DNA of 64,000 nt from Eledone cirrhosa (taxonomy: Eukaryota): the NCBI GenBank assembly GCA_964016885.1, contig OZ024750.1, forward strand, positions 6,510,001 through 6,574,000, written 5' to 3'. The stretch's first letter is position 1, and every line of letters starts with the position of its first letter. The notes below the pieces were generated by a model. The model was not told the origin of the DNA. It saw only the letters and a list, made by a program, of their open reading frames with translations, and searched no databases. Position numbers and translations under genes: made by a program. Positions 1 through 13,218 of this stretch are shown here, piece by piece.

Positions 1-118
1 TCTATGCCATCTATAACTAATTTGGGGTTTTTTTTTTAAATATTCTCATTAGTACGTACGTTATTTCTTTTCACACATCACGGACATTTCCTGTTAAATA
101 CGAATGTCAAGCCATTTG

Positions 119-181
<63 letters not shown>

Positions 182-203
182 GTGTGTATATGTGTGTATG
201 TAC

Positions 204-265
<62 letters not shown>

Positions 266-593
266 TATATTTATATGTTTGTATGTGCGTGTATATAATA
301 ATAGAAAAAAAAAACTGTTGAATCAGATCGGGATTTTTTTAAATTTTGTATGTCTTTGTACATGTTATATTTCTATATATTCCAAAAGTTAGCATTGAAA
401 AGCGAGTAAGACACGGAAATAATGGCGTGATACGAGAGAAACTTTTATTACGTCGATGATTGTTCTTTTCTTCATTTGATTGGCGTCGTTAGAATAGCAA
501 AACTGAAATCTTTCGTCTGTAGTTTTTATAGCGTGTATGCTTATCTGTAAACAACGCAATGTCTAAGTAGAGTTTTCAGCAGAACTTGGATGG

Positions 594-900
594 ATGTGTG
601 TTGGAGGATCTCCGTGGGTTATGGCGATGAGTGTATCAGTTGTTCGAACAACGGAACAACTTGCTGGCGAGATTAACAAGCAAATGTCTGAGCATGTTAC
701 AGACACGTGTACTCTTTACGTAATTCTCAGGGAGATTCAGTGGTGTGACAATGCTGGCCGTTTGACTTACATGTACAACTCATTTGTTCGCCAACTAAGA
801 GCACTGAAGGAACGTGAAATAAAATGTCTTACTCAGGAGCACAAAGCCTCGCCGAGAATCGAATTCACCACCTTACTCTTGTGGGCCGAATACACCTTGG
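594..900 (-). mobile_element. Degenerate tRNA-derived SINE, family A head with tail type 2
   Basis: Reverse complement shows a B-box (GAATTCGATTC) and a CORE-like block shared with 1653-1908; its 3' part aligns with 4780-4920. Confidence 0.7.
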
Positions 901-1309
901 AGTATAGGAACATCAGACACTAGAGTAATGAGATCTGTTTTTTTTATATCGTCTCATAAATGAAGAAGTTGTCATAATTTCAGTATCGTTTTTAATGAAC
1001 TTAACCATTTACCGAACCTTACGTTTACTTGAACCAAGGGATTAAATCTGTTAAACAGATGAGAGAGAAATAGACTGTGACATTGATAAGTTGCGGCTTT
1101 ACTTCTCATCTCCGGCTCCTAGTAAACGAAGGTGGTATATAGAAAAACATACCCTCTTCGGAGTCATAAATACACCTGCAGTAGAAATTGAACTCAAGAA
1201 CTATGAGTTCACTGAAAAATCTACGTGACTATTTTGTTCCGAAATTCAACTGTTTCTGTGGTGATTATGGCTATTGCTAGTTATGTTGTATCTTCTCTTA
1301 CTGGCACTG

Positions 1310-1400
1310 ATGCTGTTGTTGCTAGTTAGCTTCAGGTCAGCTCCGCTTAAACCAGCTTACGGACAAAAGAATTCTAAACATAACTCTCGTCTATTTTATT
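1310..1400 (-). repeat. Dispersed repeat family F, 3' fragment
   Basis: GTTGTT..TTAGCTTCAGGTCAGC..CAAAAGAATTCTA resembles 44255-44340, 44645-44700 and the reverse complement of 37775-37850. Confidence 0.45.
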
Positions 1401-1652
1401 CATACATAGTGTAGGAGCTGTTTCATGGATTCATTGCAAACGGTTGTCAAGGTGAATTAAGTAATAGGGATTTCTGGGATAAACTTTCTATTCCAAACAT
1501 ATTTTTAATGAGAACACGATTTCTCAATTGCTAAAATGATTTCTCAGCCCTCTTTCATTTCTGTGTCGTAGTGGCTTTTATCTCTATTGTTATTGCCCCT
1601 AGATATATCCTGAACATCAAAACTAGACCTTTCTCTCTATTTAAAATCTTAA

Positions 1653-1908
1653 TAGTGAAGGCATATGGCTTAGTGGTTAGAGCATTGGACTTGCAATCGA
1701 AAGGTTGTGAGTTCAATTCTAGGACCGGGTGATGTGTTATTTCCTTGAGCAAGACACTTTATTTCACGTTGCTCCAGTTTACTCAGCTGTAGAAATGAAA
1801 TGAAAGGACTGGGGTCCTTATCAATAGAACATCTAAGACACCTCCAACGAGATATACCTTGGAGGAGGCCAGCTAAATATGCATAGGTGTGAGCTATCAC
1901 ACACACAC
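1653..1908 (+). mobile_element. Full-length tRNA-derived, CORE-like SINE (family A, tail type 1) with (CA)n tail and 14-bp TSD
   Basis: A-box TGGCTTAGTGG, B-box GAGTTCAATTC, CORE-like CCTTGAGCAAGACACTT..CTCCAGTTTACTCAGCTGTAGAAATG. TSD ATTTAAAATCTTAA at 1639-1652 and 1909-1922. Close inverted copy at 48303-48549. Confidence 0.92.
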
Positions 1909-2177
1909 ATTTAAAATCTTAACATTTCATTTTACCTCAAGTTACTAAATAAATTTTTCTCGTATGACATCTAATGTTCCGCGGTACTTTCTAGCAAAGC
2001 CACAAAATTACAAGAGATTTTAATCATTTTTTTTAAACAACAGAATACGAAAATATCTTAGTTAAGTCACATTAATTACGATTGTAAAAAAAGATAACTG
2101 ATTGCTTTACGCTTACAATTTTTACATTTAATGTTTTATTTCTGTTTTTATTTGTTTTTTATTTGTTTTTTACGTTT

Positions 2178-2249
<72 letters not shown>

Positions 2250-4114
2250 CTTTTTTCTTTTTTCTTTTAAAGAATTTTCGCTCCGTGTAATATAACGATA
2301 ATTGAATTTACGTATTTATCGTGGTTATCGGACCAAACTGATAAAAATACACGCAAATAACGAAATAGAAAAATATACAAACAAGGCAAGAAAAAAAGCA
2401 TTTAAGAAATTGTTTAACTGATGTCAATGTGAGAGTTGAATTTCTTGGTTGGAAAAGCTACTGAATATTCAATTCATCGTTCATGGTTTCGAAATCTGTG
2501 CTGGCGATTCCTTGTGTTACCAAACAGGAGGGTGTTATTTTAAGTGCCAGAGCGTATGTGAAACTTATATCTACGCGAAGAAGGATTAGACTTTTATCTA
2601 CCAGTAAAATTTTATCTCTCATTCGCTTAATGCGTGTCTCTTACAGACTGCTGTCTTATTAAAGGAGATCATTTATCTCATACTCACAAGATTTGAATTT
2701 CATTCGCTTAACATCAAAGAAAGAGAAATTAAGTACTGACCCAATGTCATTTTACCACGAAAGTCAAGTAGATAGTGTGAGTGAGTGCTGAAGAGTCACG
2801 AATTTGTATCTCTATCATGAATGTTGTGCAGAGTTATGGCGTACATAACCTAAAGTTAAATAGGGAAAACTATTATATCTATTTGTCTATGGTTATTCTG
2901 GCCATAGACTGGACAGTCATGGATGCTACAAACTTCATATACTTCACTCCAGATATCAGTAGAGCTAATTATAATTATCTATTGTTGGATACTCCTAAAC
3001 ACCAAAAATAAACCAAAAATAAAAAAGACCCCTACAAATATAAGTCATTTGATGTTTGCTTTAAATATAATAATAATTAGATTATCTGTTAGATTCGGTA
3101 TATTGAATCACAGAACACAATATATCGTTGGAACGCATTTTAAAGACTTTGAACCTCACAGAGAATAAGAGCAATCTGCTTAACAGAACTTATTAAATTC
3201 TAAACTTCACTCAATGAATAGTTTTAATTCAGAAATATTCCTCTGACAATTATACAATATTAATACTACTTTTAGCACTATTAATATTGCTTAATTGTCG
3301 GGAAGAATTGCTTTTGCTGTCCTCACTGCGGTAAGGATGAGATTAATTTGGCTGATACCCAACCGGAACATTACGTGGGTGACAAGGGTAGGGAGAAAGA
3401 AGAGACGATGGTCTGTTCCGAATGCTCACAACATTGGAAACTCCGCTAAAGTTACCCTAGGACCGGGTTACACATGATATGTATTTAGTTCTGTGGGCTG
3501 GACCAGCAGGAATACACAATTTTTTTTTTTTTGGCTAACAACAGAAAATGAACTTTGGACACATCAGCTAAGCTAACATCTGTTGTGTAAGCCAGCTGTG
3601 AATATCTTCAGGGAACATTCGTGGGAAAATTGTTATTTTGAACGCATCTGTTGATTTTAGAAGTGAGGTTTGCTCTGTTTGTATTTGCCTCTCTCTGGTA
3701 GACATGTTATCAAACTGATGGCTTAGATGATGCCAAGCTAGGAATGTGTAGTGCCAATAGCGTGTATACAGTCGATTTTATGCATTTACTCGTACATTTT
3801 GTATATAGAGAGCTGAAATAGTATGTTTTTTGCCAAAAGACACATTGCCAAAATGAATATTTGAACTTAAACGATGTAATGTATGCCAAACGGGGGTGTA
3901 TGGGACGAATGTATGTCAAATGAATGTGCATGAGGTTAGGCTGGTGTACACACAATAGCAAACTGGTATGATGTTTATTTATAATTAGTTCCACACAGGG
4001 TATCCTGATGACGTACATCACCCTCATACCAATAATTGGTGCAGGTGTCTGGTTGTTTTGTGGGCAGAGTTAAGATATGATTGTGAAGGACGTGTGGGAT
4101 TGTTTTACTTTTCC

Positions 4115-4308
4115 TTGTACAATGTGGCTCTGGTGAGTGAAGTGGAAAGTGAGTTAATGGATAGCTTTGGTTTGTTGTACAGAGTGGCTCTGGTGAGTGA
4201 AGTGGAAAGTGAGTTAATGGATAGCTTTGGTTTGTTGTACAGAGTGGCTCTGGTGAGTGAAGTGGAAAGTGAGTTAATGGATAGCTTTGGTTTGTTGTAC
4301 AGAGTGGT
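4115..4308. repeat. 60-bp tandem repeat, about 3.2 near-identical copies
   Basis: Lines 4141, 4201 and 4261 repeat in register; explains the repeated 20-aa units in ORFs 4058+ and 4105-. Confidence 0.97.
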
Positions 4309-4341
4309 TCGTCTTATCACTTCCTATAAAAGATTAATGAG

Positions 4342-4564
4342 AAACAGTTTCTGTTCCCATCGTAGTATCGTCCTCTTCGGAAGAGCTGGCTTGCCGTATC
4401 TTGCAGTGAAGTCATGTCACACATCCTCCATGCTCTTGCCAGAATGCACACGATCCTGTGTCCATACACTTGCAAGCAGCCTCTCTTCTAAACTGTAGGA
4501 GCTCTGAAATAGAAAATTATATTCACTATATGACAAGGGGTGACAAGAATTTCGGACCACCTTG
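4342..4564 (-). pseudogene. Decayed Tc1/mariner-superfamily (rosa/DD41D-like) transposon 5' end: TIR-like terminus plus DUF4817-like N-terminal HTH fragment
   Basis: Minus frame 4503-4342 reads SSYSLEERLLASVWTQDRVHSGKSMEDV*HDFTARYGKPALPKRTILRWEQKLF, with one internal stop. Terminus TA|CAAGGTGGTCCGAAATT resembles TA|CAGGGTG-type TIRs. Family assigned from recalled motifs. Confidence 0.7.
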
Positions 4565-4624
4565 TAGATGTATTTACGTTCAAGTTAAAACAATTGATTT
4601 TTCCGAACGTATTACAGATGAGAA

Positions 4625-4925
4625 TGTGCGTGGCTTACTGGTTAAGTGGTTTGACTCACAATGGTAAGGTCGTGAGTTTGATTCCCAGCAGAATGTTGTG
4701 TCTTTGAGCTAGAAACATTACTTTCTATGGCTCCAGTTCATTCAACTGGAAGAAAATGAGTCGTACCTGTGAGTCAAAGGTCCAGCCTCGTTACACACTA
4801 TATACCTTAATGGTACACGTGTCTGTGGAATGGTCAAATAATTAGACATTAATTTCATGAGCAGGCTGTTCTTTTGGGCCAAACAACTGAGACATTCATC
4901 GTCGTAACTGACGGAGATGCAACAA
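4625..4925 (+). mobile_element. tRNA-derived SINE, family A head with tail type 2 (diverged)
   Basis: GCGTGGCTTACTGGTTAAG A-box, GAGTTTGATTCC B-box, CORE-like block, tail ending TCATCGTCGTAACTGACGGAG. Confidence 0.8.
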
Positions 4926-5396
4926 AAACAGCAGCAGTAACAGTTAAATGAAACCATGGATTGAAACTACATCACAGCTTTTGCCGAGTGAGATCTTGTA
5001 TTCATTCCTTCTCTTCTGCATTTGCCACGCCTTTCTGTATATTAAGCAGACTGTACATGGTTTGAACGTTGGTGAACCCATATAGGAACAGTGACTTCTT
5101 TCTCCTCACTTCCAATTCACAGCCTTATATCCCAATAGAGATAACAAATTCCTCTTTTTTTCATATGTTGAAATATTAGACGAATGAATTATATGTAAGT
5201 TTTGTTTTATAGTTTTGTGTTATATTTGTTTATTTTCAATTTGCGATGTTTGCTTATCATAAAGACCTTTTAACAAACAAGAATAACAACGCCAGACTAT
5301 ATCTCAGCCTCTTAGAGTAATATTTCCTCATATTCGACATGTCTTCTATTTTAATTATAGTAGATCTTGTTTATACAATGCTTATCCTGCAATCGC

Positions 5397-5640
5397 ATCG
5401 TCTCTCTCTATGTGTGGATGTATGTATAGTCTGGATGTGCTGCATGTATATGTTTATATGTGTTGGTGTGTTGTGGTATCGTCTCTCTGTATGTGTGGAT
5501 GTATGTATAGTCTGGATGTGCTGCATGTATATGTTTATATGTGTTGGTGTGTTGTGGTATCGTCTCTCTGTATGTGTGGATGTATGTATAGTCTGGATGT
5601 GCTGCATGTATATGTTTATATGTGTTGGTGTGTTGTGGTA
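5397..5640. repeat. 81-bp tandem repeat, 3 copies
   Basis: Unit starts ATCGTCTCTC at 5397, 5478 and 5559. Confidence 0.95.
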
Positions 5641-6009
5641 TTCTGGCTCTGTCTGTAAATATATCTCAATTCCTGTAGATTCGCTTTCACTCTACAGAAG
5701 CGCAAAATGTATCCCCATGTGTGTATGTGTATATGTATATATGTATATGTGTGTGTGTATATATATACATATATATATACACACACACATATATATATAC
5801 ATGCGTGTATGTGTATATATATATATATACACATGTGTGTATGTATATATGTATGACAGTATATGTCTCTATATATACACACTCACACACACACATATTG
5901 TTGATATGTATTTATGCATGTAAGTGTGTATATATATATATATATATACATTTGTGTGTCTATCTATATATATGCGTATGTGTATATATATACACACACA
6001 CATATAACA

Positions 6010-6041
<32 letters not shown>

Positions 6042-6663
6042 ATGGTATGTATGTGTGTGTGTCTGAGTGTATGTATGTACAACGTATCCAAACTCATGTT
6101 CCTCAATTTTGGCCTTTTATTTCTTTTATCTCAGAATCGATAAAGTGAAGTATTTCTCGTGTTTCGCTTGATAATAATGTCTCTAAGTCCAATACAGACG
6201 CCATAGCTGTTTTACTTTTGCTTATGTTTCCAGTGAATGTCTTAAGAATAGCATTTGGAATAATTACCCCCAACTTGGACCGATAATCAACCATTTGTAA
6301 TCTATCTATTTATCTATCTTTCTCTACAGCCAAAACTTAACTTATTTACTCGAATTATTCTCTTCATCCTCAACTAGATTGGAATTTATTTTTCTGAAAT
6401 TCGTGATAGCGTGTTTGAAATTCTAAGACGAAAAACCGAATAAGAGTAGTGTCGTGCAACTGCAGATACCTGGAGAGAGTATGTCTGGTGAAACCAACCA
6501 ATAAGAAAGCCTCCAACACATCCCTTAGTCTGCTAGAAATAGCAGTCAAATATCCCGATAATAATACCGTCTTCAAATAAAAAAGGGATGCATTAAATAA
6601 TGTGATATTTGAAACACATGAACGACTGCGTTCAATAAATGAGTAAATGATAATAATAATAAT

Positions 6664-7172
6664 AATTGTTTCTACTTTTGGCACCAGGCCAGCAATTATC
6701 CCACTGTATTACTGGTACTTTATAATAATAATGGTTTCTGCTTTAGGCACAATGCCATCAAGATGGTTTCGGATTATCATTGGTCCATTCTATTAGGGCT
6801 TAAATAGACCTAATGAACAACAAGGGGAAGGGGAAAGTCGATTAAATCGACCCCAGTGTGTTACTGGTACTTTATTTTATTGACCCTGTAAACATGAAAG
6901 GCAAAGCTAACCTCGGCGGAATTTGAACCCAGAACGTAAAGGGCCGTAACTATATGCCACAAATCATGGTATCCGACGCTTAATAGTGGTTTCTTAAATT
7001 AGGCACAAGGCAAGCAATGGGGAGGGGGTCGATCAAATCGACCTCAGTGCGTGACTGGTACTTTATTTTATTGACCCAGTAAGGATGAAAAGCAAAGCTA
7101 ACCTCGGTGAAATTTGGACACAGAACGTAAAGGGACGTATCTCTATGCCACAAATCATAGGATTCGACGCTT
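6664..7172 (-). mobile_element. Cluster of same-orientation SINE family B copies and tails
   Basis: Repeated TGGTACTTTATTTTATTGACCC..GATGAAAGGCAAAGCTAACCTCGGCGGAATTTGAAC blocks at about 6820-6980 and 6990-7170, plus tail-only pieces at 6664-6721 and about 6730-6760. Confidence 0.85.
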
Positions 7173-7398
7173 AATAAAGATAATAATTTTAATCTTAATT
7201 TTAAAATATATTTTCTGTTTAATATTTCATTGTCGTATCTATCAAAATGTATCCGGTATTTTTGTTTCCTTTTTTCCGTCTCGCCTTTACACACTTACAC
7301 TAATGATAAATGTTTAAGTACTTACCTTTATTCTGTTTGTGTATGTTATACACAAACGCAATCGTACACACACACCCACACACAGTTTTTCTTATTAA

Positions 7399-7510
7399 TG
7401 TAAGTATATATAAATATATATATGTATAAGTATATATATATATATATAGATATATATACTTATACATATATATATGTATAAGTATAAATATATATGTATA
7501 TATAAATATA

Positions 7511-7555
<45 letters not shown>

Positions 7556-7821
7556 TTATACATATATATATGTGTAAGTATATATATATATATATGTATA
7601 TATAAATGTATATATATATGTATATATAAATGTATATATATATGTATATATAAATGTATATATATATGTATATATATATATATATGTATAAATGTATATA
7701 TATATATATATATGTATATATAAATATATATATATGTATAAGTATATATATAAATATATATATGTATAAGTATATATATAAATATATATATGTATAAGTA
7801 TATATATATATGTATATATAA

Positions 7822-7852
<31 letters not shown>

Positions 7853-7862
7853 TAGATATATG
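7399..7862. repeat. Long compound (TA)n microsatellite
   Basis: Direct inspection. Confidence 0.95.
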
Positions 7863-8000
7863 TAAAAATAGAAAATATCGAGTAGAATTCTTTATATTTC
7901 ATTACATTCTTTTAGTCTCAAGACTTAAAAAATCAATTCTTTCCTCCTTGCCAATAGAAAGACAAAACAACAATAACAGCGTGCTTACATTTAAAAAAAA

Positions 8001-8036
<36 letters not shown>

Positions 8037-8279
8037 CAGGAGCATTATTCGTTGTCCATTGATTTATTTTCATTGGTCTCCAAATAATTTTTCATTTCGA
8101 TATTTTTTTTAATGATGAAAAACTAATAAATTGCCGGAAGAGTTAGAGAGTCTATGAAACAACAACAAAAATAACGACAAATAACAACAACAACAACGAT
8201 AACAATAAGCTGGAGGAAATATAGTATTAAATTCTTGTTTTATTCATATGTGTGTGTGTGTGTGTGTCTCACATATGTT

Positions 8280-8343
<64 letters not shown>

Positions 8344-8347
<4 letters not shown>

Positions 8348-8498
8348 AAAGGATCCAGGACCTAGACAACTGAGCTCCGGCAGTTTCGTCAGCCAGTTCG
8401 GATCTAGCTGTAGAAACGGCCGGAGCTCAGCCGTCCGAGTCCTGACTCTTTTCCTATACCCACTCTACTACCCAAAGTATCGAGTACTCCCTTCGTTA
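8344..8498 (+). mobile_element. Family C (putative PLE pLTR 3' end), diverged copy with 113-nt imperfect fold-back
   Basis: ACCCACTCTACTACCC..GTATCGAGTACT..CCTTCGTTA matches the reverse complement of 11971-12060; hairpin 8344-8456; begins in a (TA)n tract. Confidence 0.7.
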
Positions 8499-8904
8499 TT
8501 CTCTTTGTGAGACTGCTGGAATTGGCTGTCACTCTAACACTGACGGGAACCATCGCTGAGTGTTAATATCGGTAGGGGTTTTTTTTATATCGATATTGTC
8601 GGGCATCACACTGATGATTTATAAGTGCCCACCTGCATATATTCCTATAGACTATGTGTAGGCTTCTACATAACCTGGACATTATTTTCCCAACTTGTAG
8701 GAAACTTATAATGAAACGATCGTTTGGAAAGAGAGATGTATTTAATTATGTCCCATATAAAATAATACAACTGGCTATCCGCAAGATACGTATGGTTAGC
8801 ACCCCAAACGTATAATTGGGATTATACTAAGGTATATCCTAATGTTTGTTGAGTGAGACAGAAGTCGGTCGGAGTATTGCTTAAAGCTTTCTCTGTTAAT
8901 GTAT

Positions 8905-8945
<41 letters not shown>

Positions 8946-8989
8946 GTGTATGTACATATATTTGTGTGTATGCATGTATATGTATATAC

Positions 8990-9305
8990 ACCATTTTATT
9001 GGTTCTATATCTCATGGACCCCTAAGAAGGTGAAAAGCAAAGTTGACCATGGTGGGATTTGAACTCAGAACAAAAAACAACAATAGTAATATTAATAACT
9101 TCTGATTGAGGCAAAAGGTCAACAATTTTGGAGGAAAGGGAACAGTCGATTAAATTGACCCCAGTGCATTACTGGTGGGTTTTTTTTTATCGACTCCGTA
9201 AAGATGAAATACAAAGCTGATTCCAGCGGGATTTGAACTAAGAGCATAAATACTTGGAACAAATAAGACAAAGCACTCTGTTCGAAGCTCTACCGATTCA
9301 GTCAT
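8990..9305 (-). mobile_element. Two adjacent SINE family B copies
   Basis: Two GGGATTTGAACT (B-box, reverse) blocks with the family B body. Confidence 0.75.
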
Positions 9306-10335
9306 AATAGTAACAAAAATATTAATTTAATTTATTGGGCATATGCTTACGATAGACTTGGTTACAAACGGATACAAAGGCGTTTGTAAAACTTGTGAGG
9401 AAGTTATATAAAAAACGAGGTGAGGGCAAAAACGTTACTCAATATATTAAAATATGCTTAAAAGATTTAAGTTAGACAAAATAATTACATAATTACATAA
9501 TTACATAATTATATAAACTCATGAATAACTAATAAAATATAATTTATAGGAAAGAAAACAAAAATAGAGCAACCGATCTAAACAGGGTTTAGAAGCTGCC
9601 ATCTGTGTTGAATAAGGGCTCCCTGCAGCTCTGGCTACCATATATTCTCATGTGTATGTTATGAGCAATTTGGATGACGAAGTTGATAGGAAGGGGACCA
9701 CATCATCGTGATAACTCACGTACAGACTCCTGCAGTTTTCAACATCAGTCTATCATTGGAATCTTATTTATACATACACTGCTCTCATATCTTCCAAAAC
9801 ATTTCTTTTTTGTTAATTCTGTTCTCTTCTCGCACGAAGTTCAGGAAACCCATCAGATGTCCTCACTTACTCTATATCTCATGGTTCCTTCATATTATTT
9901 TCTTCCAGGTGTAAATCGATCTCTCTTAATTTTTCCTGCATATCTTCTGTTAGGGCCAGTTCTTCCATTTCTAAGTACTTTTTCGTTTTTCTGTTTTTAC
10001 TGTCTCCGACAATCTCTCTCTCCTATGCAAGGCAAAGGCGTGACAAATGTGTGATGTGCTTTCACTCTCATCATTGTTATGAGATGATAGGATCTTGCTA
10101 CTGATTGTTTCAGAGAGATAGGGCTCTCTGTTCGTCGGCTCTTAGGATTGAAAATAAAGATGAAAGAGCAAAGTTTACCTCGGTTGGAATTGAACTCAGA
10201 ACATAAAGAGGCGGAATACAATGTATAACAATAACAACAATAACAACAACATGACAAACGTCAACGAATAAAATAATAAATATTATGAAAACAATAACAG
10301 CAACAACAATGCATATTTATGTTTGGGAATAATTA

Positions 10336-10410
10336 TGTATATATATATATATATATTTATATATATAGTGTATGTATGCATGTATGTATTTGTGTGATGG
10401 GACACTTGCT

Positions 10411-10451
<41 letters not shown>

Positions 10452-10503
10452 GTATATATAGTGTATGTATGCATGTATGTATTTGTGTGATTGGACACTT
10501 GCT

Positions 10504-10548
<45 letters not shown>

Positions 10549-10618
10549 GTATATATAGTGTATGTATGCATGTATGTATTTGTGTGATGGGACACTTGCT
10601 TGTGTGTATATATATATA
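10336..10618. repeat. Three tandem units of a ~60-bp core separated by variable (TA)n
   Basis: ATAGTGTATGTATGCATGTATGTATTTGTGTGATGGGACACTTGCTTG occurs three times (one copy with a substitution). Confidence 0.9.
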
Positions 10619-10975
10619 GGAAACGCAAAAATAAAAAGAGTAATTTCAATATAACTGAAAGAATAAAACCTTAAGAACAAAAAACAATTATAATATACAG
10701 AAAGCTAGATAGATAGATAGAAAAAGAGACTAAAATCACTTAACAGATTAAGGAATATTATTTGGTAAAACTGATTCTATTAAAATATGTATTTATTTCG
10801 TTGCCGGCGGGAATAAAGAAATGAAATTATGGGTGCTTCAGTGCAAGAAAATGTGTGAAAAACAAGAGAAACGGAAAAAGTTCATTGACACAAGACTGTA
10901 GCAAGTCCTTCTCTTAATACTTTGTAGGAAGTAGTCATAATTACGTATGTCCGTATATACATACATTATATTCAC

Positions 10976-11060
<85 letters not shown>

Positions 11061-11131
11061 AGTAAATATAGTGAAGGTCATATGAAGATAAAGTTGTGTA
11101 TATACTTATTTATTTAGCTATTATATTTATT

Positions 11132-11162
<31 letters not shown>

Positions 11163-11290
11163 GTGTGTGTGTGTCTAAGAGATGTATATATATGTGTGTA
11201 CAAACATACATACATACATACAAAACAAATACATTTGTAATTTTGTGGAAGGCTTTCCCGGAGATACGTGGGATGATATGTGTGTATATA

Positions 11291-11374
<84 letters not shown>

Positions 11375-11499
11375 AGCATATATGTACCTATATATGCATG
11401 TAATGTATATATAAATGTGTGTGTGTTTGTGTAAATGTTCTTTTTATATTTCGGAAGTCCTCAAGTATTGTCATGAGATAAGCCGCCTGCGCAAAGAAG

Positions 11500-11573
<74 letters not shown>

Positions 11574-11914
11574 TATATATATGGATGTGTGTTTGTGTGT
11601 GTGTATATGCGACTCTGTGTATATATCAGAGCAGGAATATATCTACACATAAACATTTGATGATTCCGAGAGACAAAAGAACAAGGAATAATGGAAGAAA
11701 ATGGAGGAAAACATTAAGATACTGAGAGAGGACAGCGTTACTGGGTGTTTGAAATTAAAGTGTGCGTGTGTTTACATACGTATAAGTTATATACATACAC
11801 ACATATATATATATACATATATAGAGGTACGTATAAGCAAATATATATTCGTAAATATATACATATATATAATTACATACACTCAAATATATTCGCCTAT
11901 ACATATGTATTATG

Positions 11915-11970
<56 letters not shown>

Positions 11971-11973
<3 letters not shown>

Positions 11974-12112
11974 CGAAGGAAATGTGGTAAGGAACCAGGT
12001 GGACCATAACGCACCAAAGTACTCAATACTTAGGGTAGTAGAGTGGGTAATAGGAACAAGTAAGACCCCGACGGCTTGAGCTCAGCCGTCGGGGTCTTAC
12101 TTGTTCCTATTA
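11971..12112 (-). mobile_element. Family C (putative PLE pLTR 3' end) with 29-bp-arm fold-back
   Basis: (TA)n-TAACGAAGGAAATGTGGTAAGGAACCAGG... shared with 30608 and 63037; arms 12048-12076 and 12084-12112 are perfect inverted repeats. Confidence 0.8.
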
Positions 12113-12116
12113 TATA

Positions 12117-12170
12117 ACCAGTAATGCACTGGGTAATTGCTGGCCTTGTGCCTAAAGTAGAAACAATTAT
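12117..12170 (+). mobile_element. SINE family B short-form tail only
   Basis: ACCAGTAATGCACTGGGTAATTGCTGGCCTTGTGCCTAAAGTAGAAACAA is identical to 51720-51769. Confidence 0.85.
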
Positions 12171-12292
12171 AAATATATATAGATAGATAGATATTTGTGC
12201 ATATATATATATATATATGTATTTGTGTCTGTATATGGATATACATACCTATATTGCACACATAAACACACACGTTTATGGGGATATATTTC

Positions 12293-12332
<40 letters not shown>

Positions 12333-12380
12333 CATTATACATACCTATATCGCACACATAAACACACACATGTTTGTGGG

Positions 12381-12465
<85 letters not shown>

Positions 12466-13180
12466 ATAAACACGAGCATATATATATACAAAAGATTTAT
12501 ATCTTATATATAGATTTAGATCTTATATATATATATATATATACACGCACGCTTTAAAACGGATTTCGAGTTTAGCATCGAGAAAAACGTCGACATATTT
12601 TGGCGGGAAGATAGATCCACCATGTTATTTAGGATATTAAATTTTGTCATGCCGTCCACAGAACACAAGAGAAGAAAGCAAAAATATATGTATCATGTTG
12701 AGAGAAAGAATTACAGAAAAGAAGTAGGTGTAATTAGTAGAAGCAAAATAGATGGAAGGAAAAAAATATGTTCTGAAGATTGTTTTACATAGAATAAGGC
12801 GATGAATAGGAGCGTGGGTTTGTGTGGAACCCTGCCGTTAATGATAAAGTACGTTACAGATGTCAATATTAAGGTATTGTTGTCGCAGTTAGATTAATTT
12901 TTTAGGAACCCCGCTGTTAGCAATATAGAGGTATTTTATTTAAAACAGCAAGATCACGTCTGTGATTTTACACGAGAATGAGAACGTGTGTGTATGGAGT
13001 GGGGCTACATGAATATATTTGTATGTGCTGCATAAATGTACTTGTATGTTTGTGTGTATGTATGTATAAATATCTACGTACAATTGTGTATGTATGCGTG
13101 TATATATATATATTTATTAAAATATATAATATAGTGTGTTTTGGGGTATACATGAGTATATATATCTGCGTTTGTGTGTG

Positions 13181-13218
<38 letters not shown>

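Noticed and set aside
1657-1730. tRNA gene
   Set aside because: It is a SINE head: no complete acceptor stem, continues into the CORE-like block and tail, and is flanked by a TSD.
1670-1906. Near-identical peptides here and at 48077-48535, suggesting a gene family
   Set aside because: Both are antisense frames of the same SINE.
4058-4498. 146-aa ORF with repeats
   Set aside because: Made of the 60-bp tandem repeat plus the antisense of the transposase fragment.
8375-8430. Hammerhead in the family C hairpin (CTGACGAAAC on minus; GAAACGGCC on plus)
   Set aside because: No stem II between the core boxes and no UH cleavage site; at most a decayed half.
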